From: Octopus vulgaris
Lineage: Eukaryota
Assembly: GCA_951406725.2 (NCBI GenBank)
Contig: OX597818.1
Span: forward strand, 73,780,001-73,844,000
Length of the DNA stretch: 64,000 bases
Direction: 5' to 3'
Position numbers and translations under genes: made by a program. Positions 10,447 to 22,280 of the stretch are shown in pieces. A model generated the notes under the pieces. That model saw only the letters and a program-made list of their open reading frames with translations. It searched no databases and was not told where the DNA came from. Numbering within the stretch: position 1 is the first letter of the stretch; each line of letters begins with the position of its first letter.

Positions 10447-13128
10447 AGCAATAATAATTCTCTAAAAGGGATATAGACAGTAACTGCTCGATAACATAAG
10501 GGACTAAAGCCATCTGAATATGGCTAGGGACAGGGCAGGGTGGTGGGGGTGTTACTGTTGCATTTAGCCCCAGGCGAACATCGACGTCACCAGAAAGGCT
10601 CGACACCGTCACGGTGCCCTAAACCTGCAAAGGGAGGTAATTCCCCGATGAAGCGGAAACCACACACGGACCATGGTTTCAAGGTGTATTGCCTATCATC
10701 GGCGTGTGGTAGGCCTCCGCTTCCTCGACGAATTCTCACTATGCAGGATTTCTTATATAGATTTTCAAGCAAAATACATTTGCTGATTTCGAAAATCTGT
10801 TCGAAAGCAATAATAATTCTCTAAAAGGGATATAGACAGTAACTGCTCGATAACATAAGGGACTAAAGCCATCTGAATATGGCTAGGGACAGGGCAGGGT
10901 GGTGGGGGTGTTACTGTTGCATTTAGCCCCAGGCGAACATCGACGTCACCAGAAAGGCTCGACACCGTCACGGTGCCCTAAACCTGCAAAGGGAGGTAAT
11001 TCCCCGATGAAGCGGAAACCACACACGGACCATGGTTTCAAGGTGTATTGCCTATCATCGGCGTGTGGTAGGCCTCCGCTTCCTCGACGAATTCTCACTA
11101 TGCAGGATTTCTTATATAGATTTTCGAGCAAAATACATTTGCTGATTTCGAAAATCTGTTCGAAAGCAATAATAATTCTCTAAAAGGGATATAGACAGTA
11201 ACTGCTCGATAACATAAGGGACTAAAGCCATCTGAATATGGCTAGGGACAGGGCAGGGTGGTGGGGGTGTTACTGTTGCATTTAGCCCCAGGCGAACATC
11301 GACGTCACCAGAAAGGCTCGACACCGTCACGGTGCCCTAAACCTGCAAAGGGAGGTAATTCCCCGATGAAGCGGAAACCACACACGGACCATGGTTTCAA
11401 GGTGTATTGCCTATCATCGGCGTGTGGTAGGCCTCCGCTTCCTCGACGAATTCTCACTATGCAGGATTTCTTATATAGATTTTCAAGCAAAATACATTTG
11501 CTGATTTCGAAAATCTGTTCGAAAGCAATAATAATTCTCTAAAAGGGATATAGACAGTAACTGCTCGATAACATAAGGGACTAAAGCCATCTGAATATGG
11601 CTAGGGACAGGGCAGGGTGGTGGGGGTGTTACTGTTGCATTTAGCCCCAGGCGAACATCGACGTCACCAGAAAGGCTCGACACCGTCACGGTGCCCTAAA
11701 CCTGCAAAGGGAGGTAATTCCCCGATGAAGCGGAAACCACACACGGACCATGGTTTCAAGGTGTATTGCCTATCATCGGCGTGTGGTAGGCCTCCGCTTC
11801 CTCGACGAATTCTCACTATGCAGGATTTCTTATATAGATTTTCGAGCAAAATACATTTGCTGATTTCGAAAATCTGTTCGAAAGCAATAATAATTCTCTA
11901 AAAGGGATATAGACAGTAACTGCTCGATAACATAAGGGACTAAAGCCATCTGAATATGGCTAGGGACAGGGCAGGGTGGTGGGGGTGTTACTGTTGCATT
12001 TAGCCCCAGGCGAACATCGACGTCACCAGAAAGGCTCGACACCGTCACGGTGCCCTAAACCTGCAAAGGGAGGTAATTCCCCGATGAAGCGGAAACCACA
12101 CACGGACCATGGTTTCAAGGTGTATTGCCTATCATCGGCGTGTGGTAGGCCTCCGCTTCCTCGACGAATTCTCACTATGCAGGATTTCTTATATAGATTT
12201 TCAAGCAAAATACATTTGCTGATTTCGAAAATCTGTTCGAAAGCAATAATAATTCTCTAAAAGGGATATAGACAGTAACTGCTCGATAACATAAGGGACT
12301 AAAGCCATCTGAATATGGCTAGGGACAGGGCAGGGTGGTGGGGGTGTTACTGTTGCATTTAGCCCCAGGCGAACATCGACGTCACCAGAAAGGCTCGACA
12401 CCGTCACGGTGCCCTAAACCTGCAAAGGGAGGTAATTCCCCGATGAAGCGGAAACCACACACGGACCATGGTTTCAAGGTGTATTGCCTATCATCGGCGT
12501 GTGGTAGGCCTCCGCTTCCTCGACGAATTCTCACTATGCAGGATTTCTTATATAGATTTTCAAGCAAAATACATTTGCTGATTTCGAAAATCTGTTCGAA
12601 AGCAATAATAATTCTCTAAAAGGGATATAGACAGTAACTGCTCGATAACATAAGGGACTAAAGCCATCTGAATATGGCTAGGGACAGGGCAGGGTGGTGG
12701 GGGTGTTACTGTTGCATTTAGCCCCAGGCGAACATCGACGTCACCAGAAAGGCTCGACACCGTCACGGTGCCCTAAACCTGCAAAGGGAGGTAATTCCCC
12801 GATGAAGCGGAAACCACACACGGACCATGGTTTCAAGGTGTATTGCCTATCATCGGCGTGTGGTAGGCCTCCGCTTCCTCGACGAATTCTCACTATGCAG
12901 GATTTCTTATATAGATTTTCAAGCAAAATACATTTGCTGATTTCGAAAATCTGTTCGAAAGCAATAATAATTCTCTAAAAGGGATATAGACAGTAACTGC
13001 TCGATAACATAAGGGACTAAAGCCATCTGAATATGGCTAGGGACAGGGCAGGGTGGTGGGGGTGTTACTGTTGCATTTAGCCCCAGGCGAACATCGACGT
13101 CACCAGAAAGGCTCGACACCGTCACGGT
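10447..13128 (-). repeat. Tandem array, 7 full + 1 partial copies of a 359 bp hammerhead-containing unit (retrozyme-like)
   Basis: Units start at 10447, 10806, 11165, 11524, 11883, 12242, 12601 and 12960. They appear identical except one A/G site (G at 11126 and 11844). Left flank is (TA)n. Confidence 0.97.
10659..10710 (-). ncRNA. Type I hammerhead ribozyme (variant core CCGAUGA), repeated every 359 bp, 7 copies
   Basis: Minus strand: accacacg CCGATGA t-agg-caataca-cct-t GAAA CCATGG TC cgtgtgtggt. Stem I cacacg/cgtgtg is extended by gaagcgga/tccgcttc, and stem III is the palindrome CCATGG. Predicted cut after GUC, between 10669 and 10668. Confidence 0.8.
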
Positions 13129-13272
13129 ACCTCCCTTTGCAGGTTTAGGGCACCGTGACGGTGTCGAGCCTTTCTGGTGACGTCGATGTTCGCCTGGGGC
13201 TAAATGCAACAGTAACACCCCCACCACCCTGCCCTGTCCCTAGCCATATTCAGATGGCTTTAGTCCCTTATG

Positions 13273-13276
<4 letters not shown>
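13128..13276 (+). repeat. Inverted partial copy of the 359 bp unit capping the array
   Basis: 149 bp reverse complement of unit positions 10491-10639, followed by (TA)n. Confidence 0.95.
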
Positions 13277-13317
<41 letters not shown>

Positions 13318-13436
13318 AATCAAGGAACGGCCATAATAGGCCATTCACCCACTAGAAATAACAGCCAAAGCTTCAACCGCAAAATAACATTAATTCCGTA
13401 AACCAGGAGAAAATTAAAAAAACATTTACCCTGTAA

Positions 13437-13541
13437 TTTCTTATACGATGCACCGTTTCATCTACTGTTTAATGGTAAACTAACCTGATTAAATTAAATC
13501 AAGCCAATCTTCCATAGGCCCTTAGATTCGTCAGTAAGAAA
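13437..13541 (-). ncRNA. Inverted copy of the 13836-13940 hammerhead
   Basis: Reverse complement lying within the left arm of the fold-back. Confidence 0.88.
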
Positions 13542-13835
13542 TAGCCAGATCGGAACAGATATTTTCACGAGGCATTTCTGTCCCTGCCTCGGCAATATCT
13601 GACCTAAAATTTTTCCCACTAGGCCGCTGGTGGCAAAAAAATTCTACAAAATTTTTTGCCACCCTATATTGATTAATTATGAATTTTCTGGTTAATTCCG
13701 TAATGGAATCGGCGGCTTATATTTATTTGCTGCCGATAAATTTGGCGCGAGTGCGATGATTTGAAAATTTTAGGTCAGATATTGCCGAGGCAGGGACAGA
13801 AATGCCTCGTGAAAATATCTGTTCCGATCTGGCTA

Positions 13836-13940
13836 TTTCTTACTGACGAATCTAAGGGCCTATGGAAGATTGGCTTGATTTAATTTAATCAGGTTAGTTT
13901 ACCATTAAACAGTAGATGAAACGGTGCATCGTATAAGAAA
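13836..13940 (+). ncRNA. Type I hammerhead ribozyme, canonical core
   Basis: tttctta CTGACGA atcta...(long insert)...tagat GAAA CGGTGCATCG TA taagaaa: 7 bp stem I, 5 bp stem II base, near-palindromic stem III, GUA cut after 13933. Confidence 0.9.
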
Positions 13941-14161
13941 TTACAGGGTAAATGTTTTTTTAATTTTCTTCTGGTTTACGGAATTAATGTTATTTTGCGG
14001 TTGAAGCTTTGGCTGTTATTTCTAGTGGGTGAATAGCCTATTATGGCCGTTCCGTGATTGTGATGTTGAACTTAAAAATGGTCTTTGACTATTTAATTTT
14101 TTCCCACTAGGCCGCTGGTGGCAAAAAAAATTCTACAAAATTTTTTGCCACCCTATATTGA

Positions 14162-14233
<72 letters not shown>

Positions 14234-14235
14234 GA

Positions 14236-14267
<32 letters not shown>

Positions 14268-14289
14268 TAGACACACACACACACACACA

Positions 14290-14340
<51 letters not shown>

Positions 14341-14355
14341 ATATGTATATATTTC

Positions 14356-14536
14356 TTTTCTGTTTTCTTTATTTTACTTGTTTCAGTCATTTGACTGTGG
14401 CCATGCAAGACCACCACCTTTAGTCGGCCCGAGGCTAGAGTAAAAAACACTTTCCCAAGGTGCCATGCAGTGGGACTGAATCCTGAACCAAGTGGTTGTT
14501 AAGCAAGCTACTTACTACACAGCCACTCCTGCGCCT
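14356..14536 (-). mobile_element. SINE family B, internally deleted
   Basis: Head on minus strand ggcgcaggagtggctgtgtagtaagtagcttgcttaacaaccac...ttcagtcccactgcatggcaccttggg joined directly to the 3' tail. Confidence 0.8.
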
Positions 14537-14571
14537 ATATACATATATAAATATATATGAGTACACACACA

Positions 14572-14683
<112 letters not shown>

Positions 14684-14689
14684 AGGTCC

Positions 14690-16094
14690 GTAGGTAAAAA
14701 AGTGAGCTTGTAATAGTCTAGAAAATGTTAGAATTCGTAGTATTAGGAACTGTTTGCTTAATTTGTTTTTAAATATTGTTTTAATATAGTATATTTTACT
14801 CTTAAAAACGCTGTCTTTTAGTGCTATATTATAAAGGCGTGCACATTCCTTAAATATTTTTCTTTTGCGGATAAATTAGATATTCTTTTCGATACACCTT
14901 TATTTCCCTAATAACACCTTGGTGATGATTTCATAAAGCGTGGCTATATTTAATAGATTTGTTAGGCTTATGATAGGGGTAGAATAAGACATTATGCAAA
15001 TTTAATGATACATCCAATATGTTAACACATTTAGAGAAGTTTTCAAATAAATCCCTACTAGGTCTGTAACCTGAGCGGAATGCGGTGCTCCCATAGGGAT
15101 ATCAAAAAGATCCCTGGTGTCTTTTCTAGCCCACAATTTATTATTATACCTCATACACGATTTTCTGGCCATTTTACTACATTAACATCATCCTTGGTCA
15201 TTATCACCTTATTCATTTCATATATTAGAGCCTTATTAAGTACAATTTCTTTAATGGATGAATAATAATCATCTATGTCTATTTGGATGAATTTGTAACT
15301 ATTACTGTCTTTAATATTTTAAAACCATTTTAAAGTATTAGTGCTAGTCCAGAGTTTTAGGTAATTCAGATTGTTTAGTTTATTAATATATGTATCTAAG
15401 ATTAATTTACTTAATTCCCCTAAATCTGATTTACTGGGGCATATGAGTCAAACTTTAGGGTCCGAGTAAAACTTTTCTTTATGGTCCTTCAAATTAATTC
15501 TAGGTAGCATTGGTACATAAGTTTCTGTTTTATTGCCTATCTCATATTTTTCCATGAGGCTTTATTAATATTATATATGGTATTTTCCGGAGAATTTTAT
15601 ATTTTTAATTTATTTCCTTTTCCGAAAGGTTATCATATAATTTCGTATCCAACTTATACATGTTGCCAATTTTATCTGATTGTACTACGATTCCTTCAAT
15701 ATTCCACATTTCTTTTATTTTGGTTGCTAAATATATTAAATATTTGTTGTGTCTGTTTGGGTATTTTTAAAATTTAATGTTTTTAAACACCTTCCAAATT
15801 TTGTCTTCCAGAGTCTGAATTTCCCTATTATATGGGGGTTCCCTTTTAAATTTTAAGTTTTGAGCTTATGTAATTGGTATACTCCACATCTTTAATGTTG
15901 GCAATGTTACGATTATTATAGTAGACTGTCCATTTTATTCTATAAATGAAATCCTTTATATTATTAATAAGTTTAAGGATATATTCCCTTTTCGACGGAA
16001 TGGAGATGTCCTTCAATGAAGATCCCCAGAGTTGTGCCGCTATCTTACCAGCAAGTTCCATAATAAACAAAAATTGAAGGTTAAAATTAAACAA
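14690..16094 (-). pseudogene. Penelope-like element reverse transcriptase, disrupted
   Basis: SLKDISIPSKREYILKL...FIYRIKW (PLE N-terminus); LKDHKEKF..DPKV*LICPSKSDLGELSK; FIQIDIDDYYSSI; FDIPMGAPHSAQVTDLVG; LDVSLNL...PYHKPN. It has stops and frameshifts, and the YxDD segment appears deleted. Confidence 0.88.
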
Positions 16095-16433
16095 TATTTG
16101 TTAATTATAAGTATATTAAAGTATTATAATAATAATATTAGGGAATAAATTATTATTCCAAACTTACAGGTAAAATTCAGTATAATAATATTATTCGAAA
16201 TTCTAATATATAATATATAATATATGTATATAACTAATTTAGAGATGAACCACCATTTCACAACTCAGTCAATGAAGGACCCGTCCAAAACCATGCTGTG
16301 AGACATATACCATAGAAAAACAAATATCATACAAAGCAAACATTCATCATAAACATATTAATCTAAAATCAAGTAAAGTATAAATTAAACAAAAATTAAT
16401 ACAATAATTATAATGTATAAAATTACTAGTACA

Positions 16434-16553
16434 TTGACTATGTGCGTTTCATGGCTGACTTAGGACTATATAAAATCATATAATAAAACTTATCCAAGTT
16501 CATTAGAACGGGAAAATGTTTTTACTCCCAAAATCAGTCACTCCTCAGGTCAA
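16434..16553 (-). ncRNA. Hammerhead ribozyme in PLE terminal repeat (partly degenerate)
   Basis: ttgac CTGAGGA gtgactga...tcagccat GAAA CGCACA TA gtcaa; stems I and II pair, stem III is imperfect. Confidence 0.7.
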
Positions 16554-17384
16554 ATTCCTAAAAAACCTAAAACCAATAGATTAAAGTACCTCATAATAAC
16601 ATAATGAATAAACAAAATAATCAGATAAGAATATAATGAGAAAATAATAAGGAATAAAAAATATATATAAAGATACGAAACCTATATGTAATCTCTAAGT
16701 TAAAGTCATTAATATTATTAAAAATTACGAATTAAAAATTCAGATAGAGTATTATTGTGAACATGATTAATTCATTATGGTGAATGTAAATAAATGTAAA
16801 TATGTGTTAGCGTATAAAGTTAATAAAAGACATATGTTGATATTGTTTAAAATAAATTTAAAATTAAAAAAAACATGACTTATCTGCCGCCGAATAACTC
16901 TAGATTAAACCGAAATGATTGTGCTCTAGCATTTATACTAAAAAGTCACGTGATAAATATGGCGTCCATTAACCAGAGATATGCACGTATTATATTTACT
17001 ATAATAATAACGAAGTTATCGAAATAGAAGCTCTACCTAAAGTATAGTATTCATTCAAGATTTAAAATACTTAAAACTTCTAAATCTACAAACAATAAAA
17101 ACTATAATACATACGAAATGTATGTATTACGTAAATAATGGTATAAAACATTGTAATAATGCACACATTATCGTTGGATTCTTTATTAGTAAAAATGTAT
17201 TAATTTATTCTAATTATATATAATAATATAATGTTTACAGTGTATTCTAAGCCAATACTATAATAATGTAAAATTTACATTGTATTCTAAGCTAATTATA
17301 TGTATGTAATGCTATTAATCATAACTATAAATTGGTAATATTTCATGGGTTTAAATAAATCATTACATTATCTAAACTGATTAT

Positions 17385-17915
17385 ATAAATAATTTAATTT
17401 ATGCCTACATTTAATATTACGTTCATCTTGAGAGATAATTTTTTATTAGCTAATAATATTTCTTTAAATTCGTTTGTACGTAATAAGCAAAATTTACTCT
17501 CTACTCTATACGATATAGCCTAACAAACTATTTTCCATTTTAACTCGTATTTTATTCTTTTAGATTTAAGTTCCCAAATGTATTTACTAAGGCCCGTAGA
17601 ATTCATTAAATTTCTGTTCTTAAAAGAATTCATATATTGGGCCACCCGCGATTTAATTTTATTGGAAGTCGATCCTATGTAAGTAGTAATTATGTTGTCA
17701 TTATTACTATTATTATAAGCATACAAAAGCACTATACATTTATGTAGTACGTCCTGAACATTACATTTATTATTAAATTTCCTTTTGGTCTTATTTCTAC
17801 AGTTACAATCAATTGTATTCTGGTTTCCATTGGAGTTATTACTTAATTTATTATTGTAAAACTTATTTAATTTAAATTTATTAAAGAACGAAATGATGTA
17901 TATGTATATATGCAT
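17385..17915 (-). pseudogene. Penelope-like GIY-YIG endonuclease C-terminus
   Basis: CNCRNK...C....V...C.V...YIGST...KSR......F.......TGLSKYIWELK.....ELKWKIV; frameshift near 17520. Confidence 0.88.
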
Positions 17916-17980
17916 ATTTGTATATACGTATTTATATTATATAAATTATACATACATATATGTATGTATATATATATAGC

Positions 17981-18035
<55 letters not shown>

Positions 18036-18045
18036 GTATATATAT

Positions 18046-18078
<33 letters not shown>

Positions 18079-18083
<5 letters not shown>

Positions 18084-18472
18084 ATATATAAAAGTAAGGT
18101 TGTGTGTCTGTCTCCTACGATTTAGATTCCTAACTACTCCCACATTTTGCAGTGCAGTTTAACCAAAACCGGGTATCTTATAGTCGTGATTCATATCGAG
18201 CCCTTCTGTGTATTAGCGCGCGTCTACGATGAGTCTACGATTTAAAAAATAATTTACTATCATTTTTTTCCATTTTAATGCATTTTTCGCTATTATATAA
18301 GGGAAGTAACTCTCTAAAAATGTCTATGATGAGTCAACGATTTTAAAAAAAATTACCATCATTTTTTTTCCATTTTAATGCATTTTCTTGCTATTTTTTT
18401 GCTATAACTCTCTAAAAATGCTTTATAGTTATTTCCCTTACAAACCCGAGCAACGCCGGGCGATACTGCTAG
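18079..18472 (+). mobile_element. Non-autonomous Helitron
   Basis: 5' ctttatatataaaagtaaggttgtgtgtctg. 3' hairpin cccgagcaacgccggg followed by CTAG (18469-18472) then T. Internal duplication of about 90 bp. Sits in (TA)n. Confidence 0.8.
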
Positions 18473-18478
18473 TATATA

Positions 18479-18511
<33 letters not shown>

Positions 18512-18512
<1 letters not shown>

Positions 18513-20035
18513 ACTTAACTTAGAATAACTTAGAAAGCTTTTGGCCAGTACTGGCCCAGGCCATGTCTAACTTAATAGCACCACCTGGCGAAGTATTTCA
18601 ATTCAGGATTTGGGCACCGAGGCCCATTCGAGCAGAGAGTTATTGTTTGCGGAGACATATCCGGGTGTGGGTGGTTTGTCCGGGACTGTTTGAAGGAATT
18701 TTTCCAAAGACTTCTTGAATTTTGTTAGGTCAGTTTCTGTTTTGACGTGTCCTGGTGTAATGTTGAAGAGAGCGGGTCCAGTTGAGGTGAAATAATTGTG
18801 CCGTATTGTCGTTATGTGATGCGATTTAGATTTTTGTTGTGGACGGATGGCACGGGTCCAAGCCTTGGATGTATTTTGAAGGTGATGCCAACATCATTCG
18901 GACAGTGCTGATGGAATATGTTCCACATCATACAGATAATGTAGCGTTCACGTCGCCGTTGGAGTGAATACAGTTTCAGCTTCTCTAGTCTACCCCAGTA
19001 GTCAAGGTCTGACATGCCATCTATCTTTTCTGTGATTAACCTTTGGGGAGCTTCAATTCTCATAATATTTTGTTTTGTGTAGGGAGACCACAGTGGACAG
19101 CGGTATTCGAGGTGGGGTCGGGCAAAAGTGAAGAAGAGAAGGATAATAGTGTGGGAATCTCTCGACTGGAAGGTTCTGAGAATCCAGGAACACATTCTGC
19201 GGGCCATGTCAACTTTGCTGCTTATATCTGTAGCCCAGCTTATGTTATTGTCCACTGTTACTCCCAAGTCTCTGATGTTGTTGGACGCCATGAGAATTTC
19301 TCCAGAAGGAAGGGAGTATGGGAGTTTCAGAGCGTCCTCCCTTCCAAAGTGGATCAGTTCGATTTGTCTTCGTTTAGCAACATGTTGTTCTTTTCCGCCT
19401 ATTGGACAACAGCCAGTAGGTCTGACTGAAGGCTTATTCGGCCATCCACGCCATTGATGACCTTCTGGAGCTTGGAATCATCAGCAATAGTTCTGATGTT
19501 ACTGTGTTTGATGGTGTCAGTAATATCATTTATGTAGATGATGAAGAGAAGTGGGCCCAACACAGTGCCTTGTGGAACACCACTGCTGACTTTGGCTGGG
19601 CTGGATTTGACTCCTTCGACTACAACATGTTGGCTTCTGTTAGACAGGAAGCACTTGATCCACTGCAGCAGCTTTCCAGTGACACCAATATTGGACAGCT
19701 TTCTCAAAAGGATCTCATGATCAACCCTGTCAAAGGCCTTGCTGAAATCAAGGTAGATGACATCAGTGTTGGAACCCTCTCCCAAGGCTCTCAAAATGTC
19801 ATCAAAATGATGCAGTAGCTGCGTCAGGCAATCTCTTCCATTACGGAATCCATGCTGGTTGGAGTTCAGCATATTATGACTTTCAAGGAAGTGAGTCATA
19901 CGCGATCTCAGCACTCTCTCAAATACTTTAATGATATGAGAGGTGAGTGAGATTGGACGGTAATTCACGGCAAGCGATTTGTTTCCTTTTTTGAAAACTG
20001 GGACAACAGACTGGGATAGAAGGTCTTGTGGTATT
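18512..20035 (-). mobile_element. 5'-truncated CR1/L2-group LINE (RT domain + 3' end)
   Basis: NYRPISLTS..KVFER, QHGFRNGRDCLTQL, YLDFSKAFDRVDH, GVPQGTVLGPLLFIIYIND, IADDSKL, RDLGV, RPHLEY..PLWSP; frameshifts; short (ttctaag/ttaag) repeat tail; (TA)n flanks. Confidence 0.92.
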
Positions 20036-20058
20036 GTATATATCTATATATATATATA

Positions 20059-20094
<36 letters not shown>

Positions 20095-20099
<5 letters not shown>

Positions 20100-20352
20100 A
20101 TATTTCGGAATGGTCATATATGGGTACAGGATCTCATCAACTGTGAAAAGAACATGAAGTGTGAAAAAGAACGAGTGTAATACACAATCAACAAGAGAAC
20201 CACCCTTCATCAGTTATCGGCTGTCCATCTACTCTACTTTTCATGCATTCAACGACAATATGAGTATTCGAAGACAGTTGCTCCCATAAGATCCTAAAAA
20301 ATAAGTTTGGTTATTGTGGGATCCAAGTTGGGAACAAAAATAGGACAGTGGA

Positions 20353-20360
<8 letters not shown>
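20095..20360 (-). mobile_element. PLE terminal-repeat-like fragment with truncated hammerhead
   Basis: ccgataa CTGATGA agggtggtt...gaccattcc GAAA, then runs into (TA)n; homologous to 35680-35850 (+). Confidence 0.55.
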
Positions 20361-20400
<40 letters not shown>

Positions 20401-20414
20401 CATGTGTGCATATA

Positions 20415-20467
<53 letters not shown>

Positions 20468-20649
20468 GTATGTTTCAGTTGAATGACTGAAACAGGGGAA
20501 AGGGATATAAAAACACACATATTAATGTGTGAGTGTTTGTGTGCTGTATGTGTGTGCGTGTGAGCGTATATTGTGTTGTATGGATAAATATGAAATGAAA
20601 CTAAAAATGCAGGTGAAAGCATCTAAAGCTAAACAAAAACTAATGTTTC

Positions 20650-20810
20650 TGTGTTTACGCGACTGTAACTTAGCTGTTAGGCAAAACACGACTATGGAAT
20701 AAGTATTAAGCTTACAATGAATAAATCCAGAGGGTCAATTTCATTGACTAAAGCGGTGGCGGTGGTGCAGCATACTTAATCATATGACTGAACCAATTAA
20801 CACAAGAAAA
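20650..20810 (+). mobile_element. SINE family B 3' part
   Basis: gtgtttacg...gtaacttagc...ggcaaaa...aataagtatt...atgactgaacc. Confidence 0.55.
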
Positions 20811-20853
20811 GACTATGCCATTTTAACCCCGAACAACGCCGTATCTCTGCTAG

Positions 20854-20906
<53 letters not shown>

Positions 20907-21231
20907 TATATATATATATGCACTTGTTTGGGTATATATGTGCTTTTGGTACCGCTTAGATGGAAACGTAGCTGTCTGATTTCACTTAAAATTTTTCAGT
21001 GATTCTATACGTTTATATCCTGATGATAGAAATTATTTTATATGTGTGTGTGAGTGTGTGTTTATAAATGAGAGTATATATATGAGTGCATGTGTGTGTG
21101 CATCTATAGGTTGGTAGATTGATGAATACAAGTGTCCATATAAACTTTATATATATACATATATGCATGTATATATATATATGTATATATATACATGTAT
21201 ATATACATATATGTATATATATATGTATATA

Positions 21232-21296
<65 letters not shown>

Positions 21297-21926
21297 CACA
21301 CGGTGACACACTCAAACACTCAAATACATTCTTCATTACAAACGTACAACACACATAATTATGTGTATGTAGATGAATTAGTAAAATATATATTCTTATT
21401 TTTCTATGTATATTTGCTTGCATAACATTATTCATATTTTCATTCGGAATACGAAATTTCTTTTGGAAGTAATATAAATTGGTTTGCGACATGACATTAC
21501 ACAAAGAAATTGTATAATTAACTGGCAAGGCAAGCTAAACTTATTGATTTTGAGTAACATATTTTCTTCAGTACATTATAAGTAGTTACATATGTCAATA
21601 TTTAGTGAAAGTTACTTTTTTCCTATCATATATCTGTTGATGTTGCACTGGATTCGCTGTCAAAAAGGATAATTTACTTTCTACATCACAGATACTAATT
21701 ATAAGGTAACATCAAGAACTACAGATGAATAAATAAATAAATATACAATAAGTGCTCTACTTGCGCACTTTTCACTACTATGTCATATGTATCTATAACT
21801 TAATTTATCTAATATATATATGTATGTGTGTGTGTGTGTATGAATATTTATACGTATATAAACACATGAATATATTTCTACCTACATATATATATCTACC
21901 CATACATATATATATACACATATATA

Positions 21927-21975
<49 letters not shown>

Positions 21976-22012
21976 GTATGTACGTATATATATGTGTATA
22001 TATATACATACA

Positions 22013-22070
<58 letters not shown>

Positions 22071-22280
22071 CAATCGTCATTAAGTGTGACTAAGGTTGCC
22101 GGATATATATTTTTATTTATGGTATCAAATTGATCCTAACTTTTTTATGTTATATATATATATATATATATATATATGCATTTTTATAGTCAATAATAAA
22201 ATTAATTATTAATTAATAATTTTACCAAGTAGTGTTCAGTATGTAAAAAGACCGTTTACGGTATATTTAAAACATTACGG

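Larger units (their letters stand above)
13313..14169 (+). mobile_element. 488 bp-unit hammerhead element with 301 bp inverted 5' arm
   Basis: 13313-13613 is the reverse complement of 13764-14064 (about 3 mismatches). Direct repeat of about 13608-13680 at about 14095-14169 (period 488). (TA)n on both sides. Confidence 0.92.

Noticed and set aside
10645-10660. Plus-strand CCGATGA-agcg-GAAAC as a second hammerhead in the unit
   Set aside because: No room for stem II; this segment is the extended stem I arm of the minus-strand ribozyme.
10447-13128. CRISPR array or 5S/snRNA gene cluster
   Set aside because: No unique spacers and no cas genes; no 5S, U-snRNA or tRNA motif recognised in the unit.
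10343-13355. Repeated 61-102 aa ORFs in the 359 bp array
   Set aside because: They occur on both strands with mostly non-ATG starts and no recognisable domain; they recur only because the DNA repeats.
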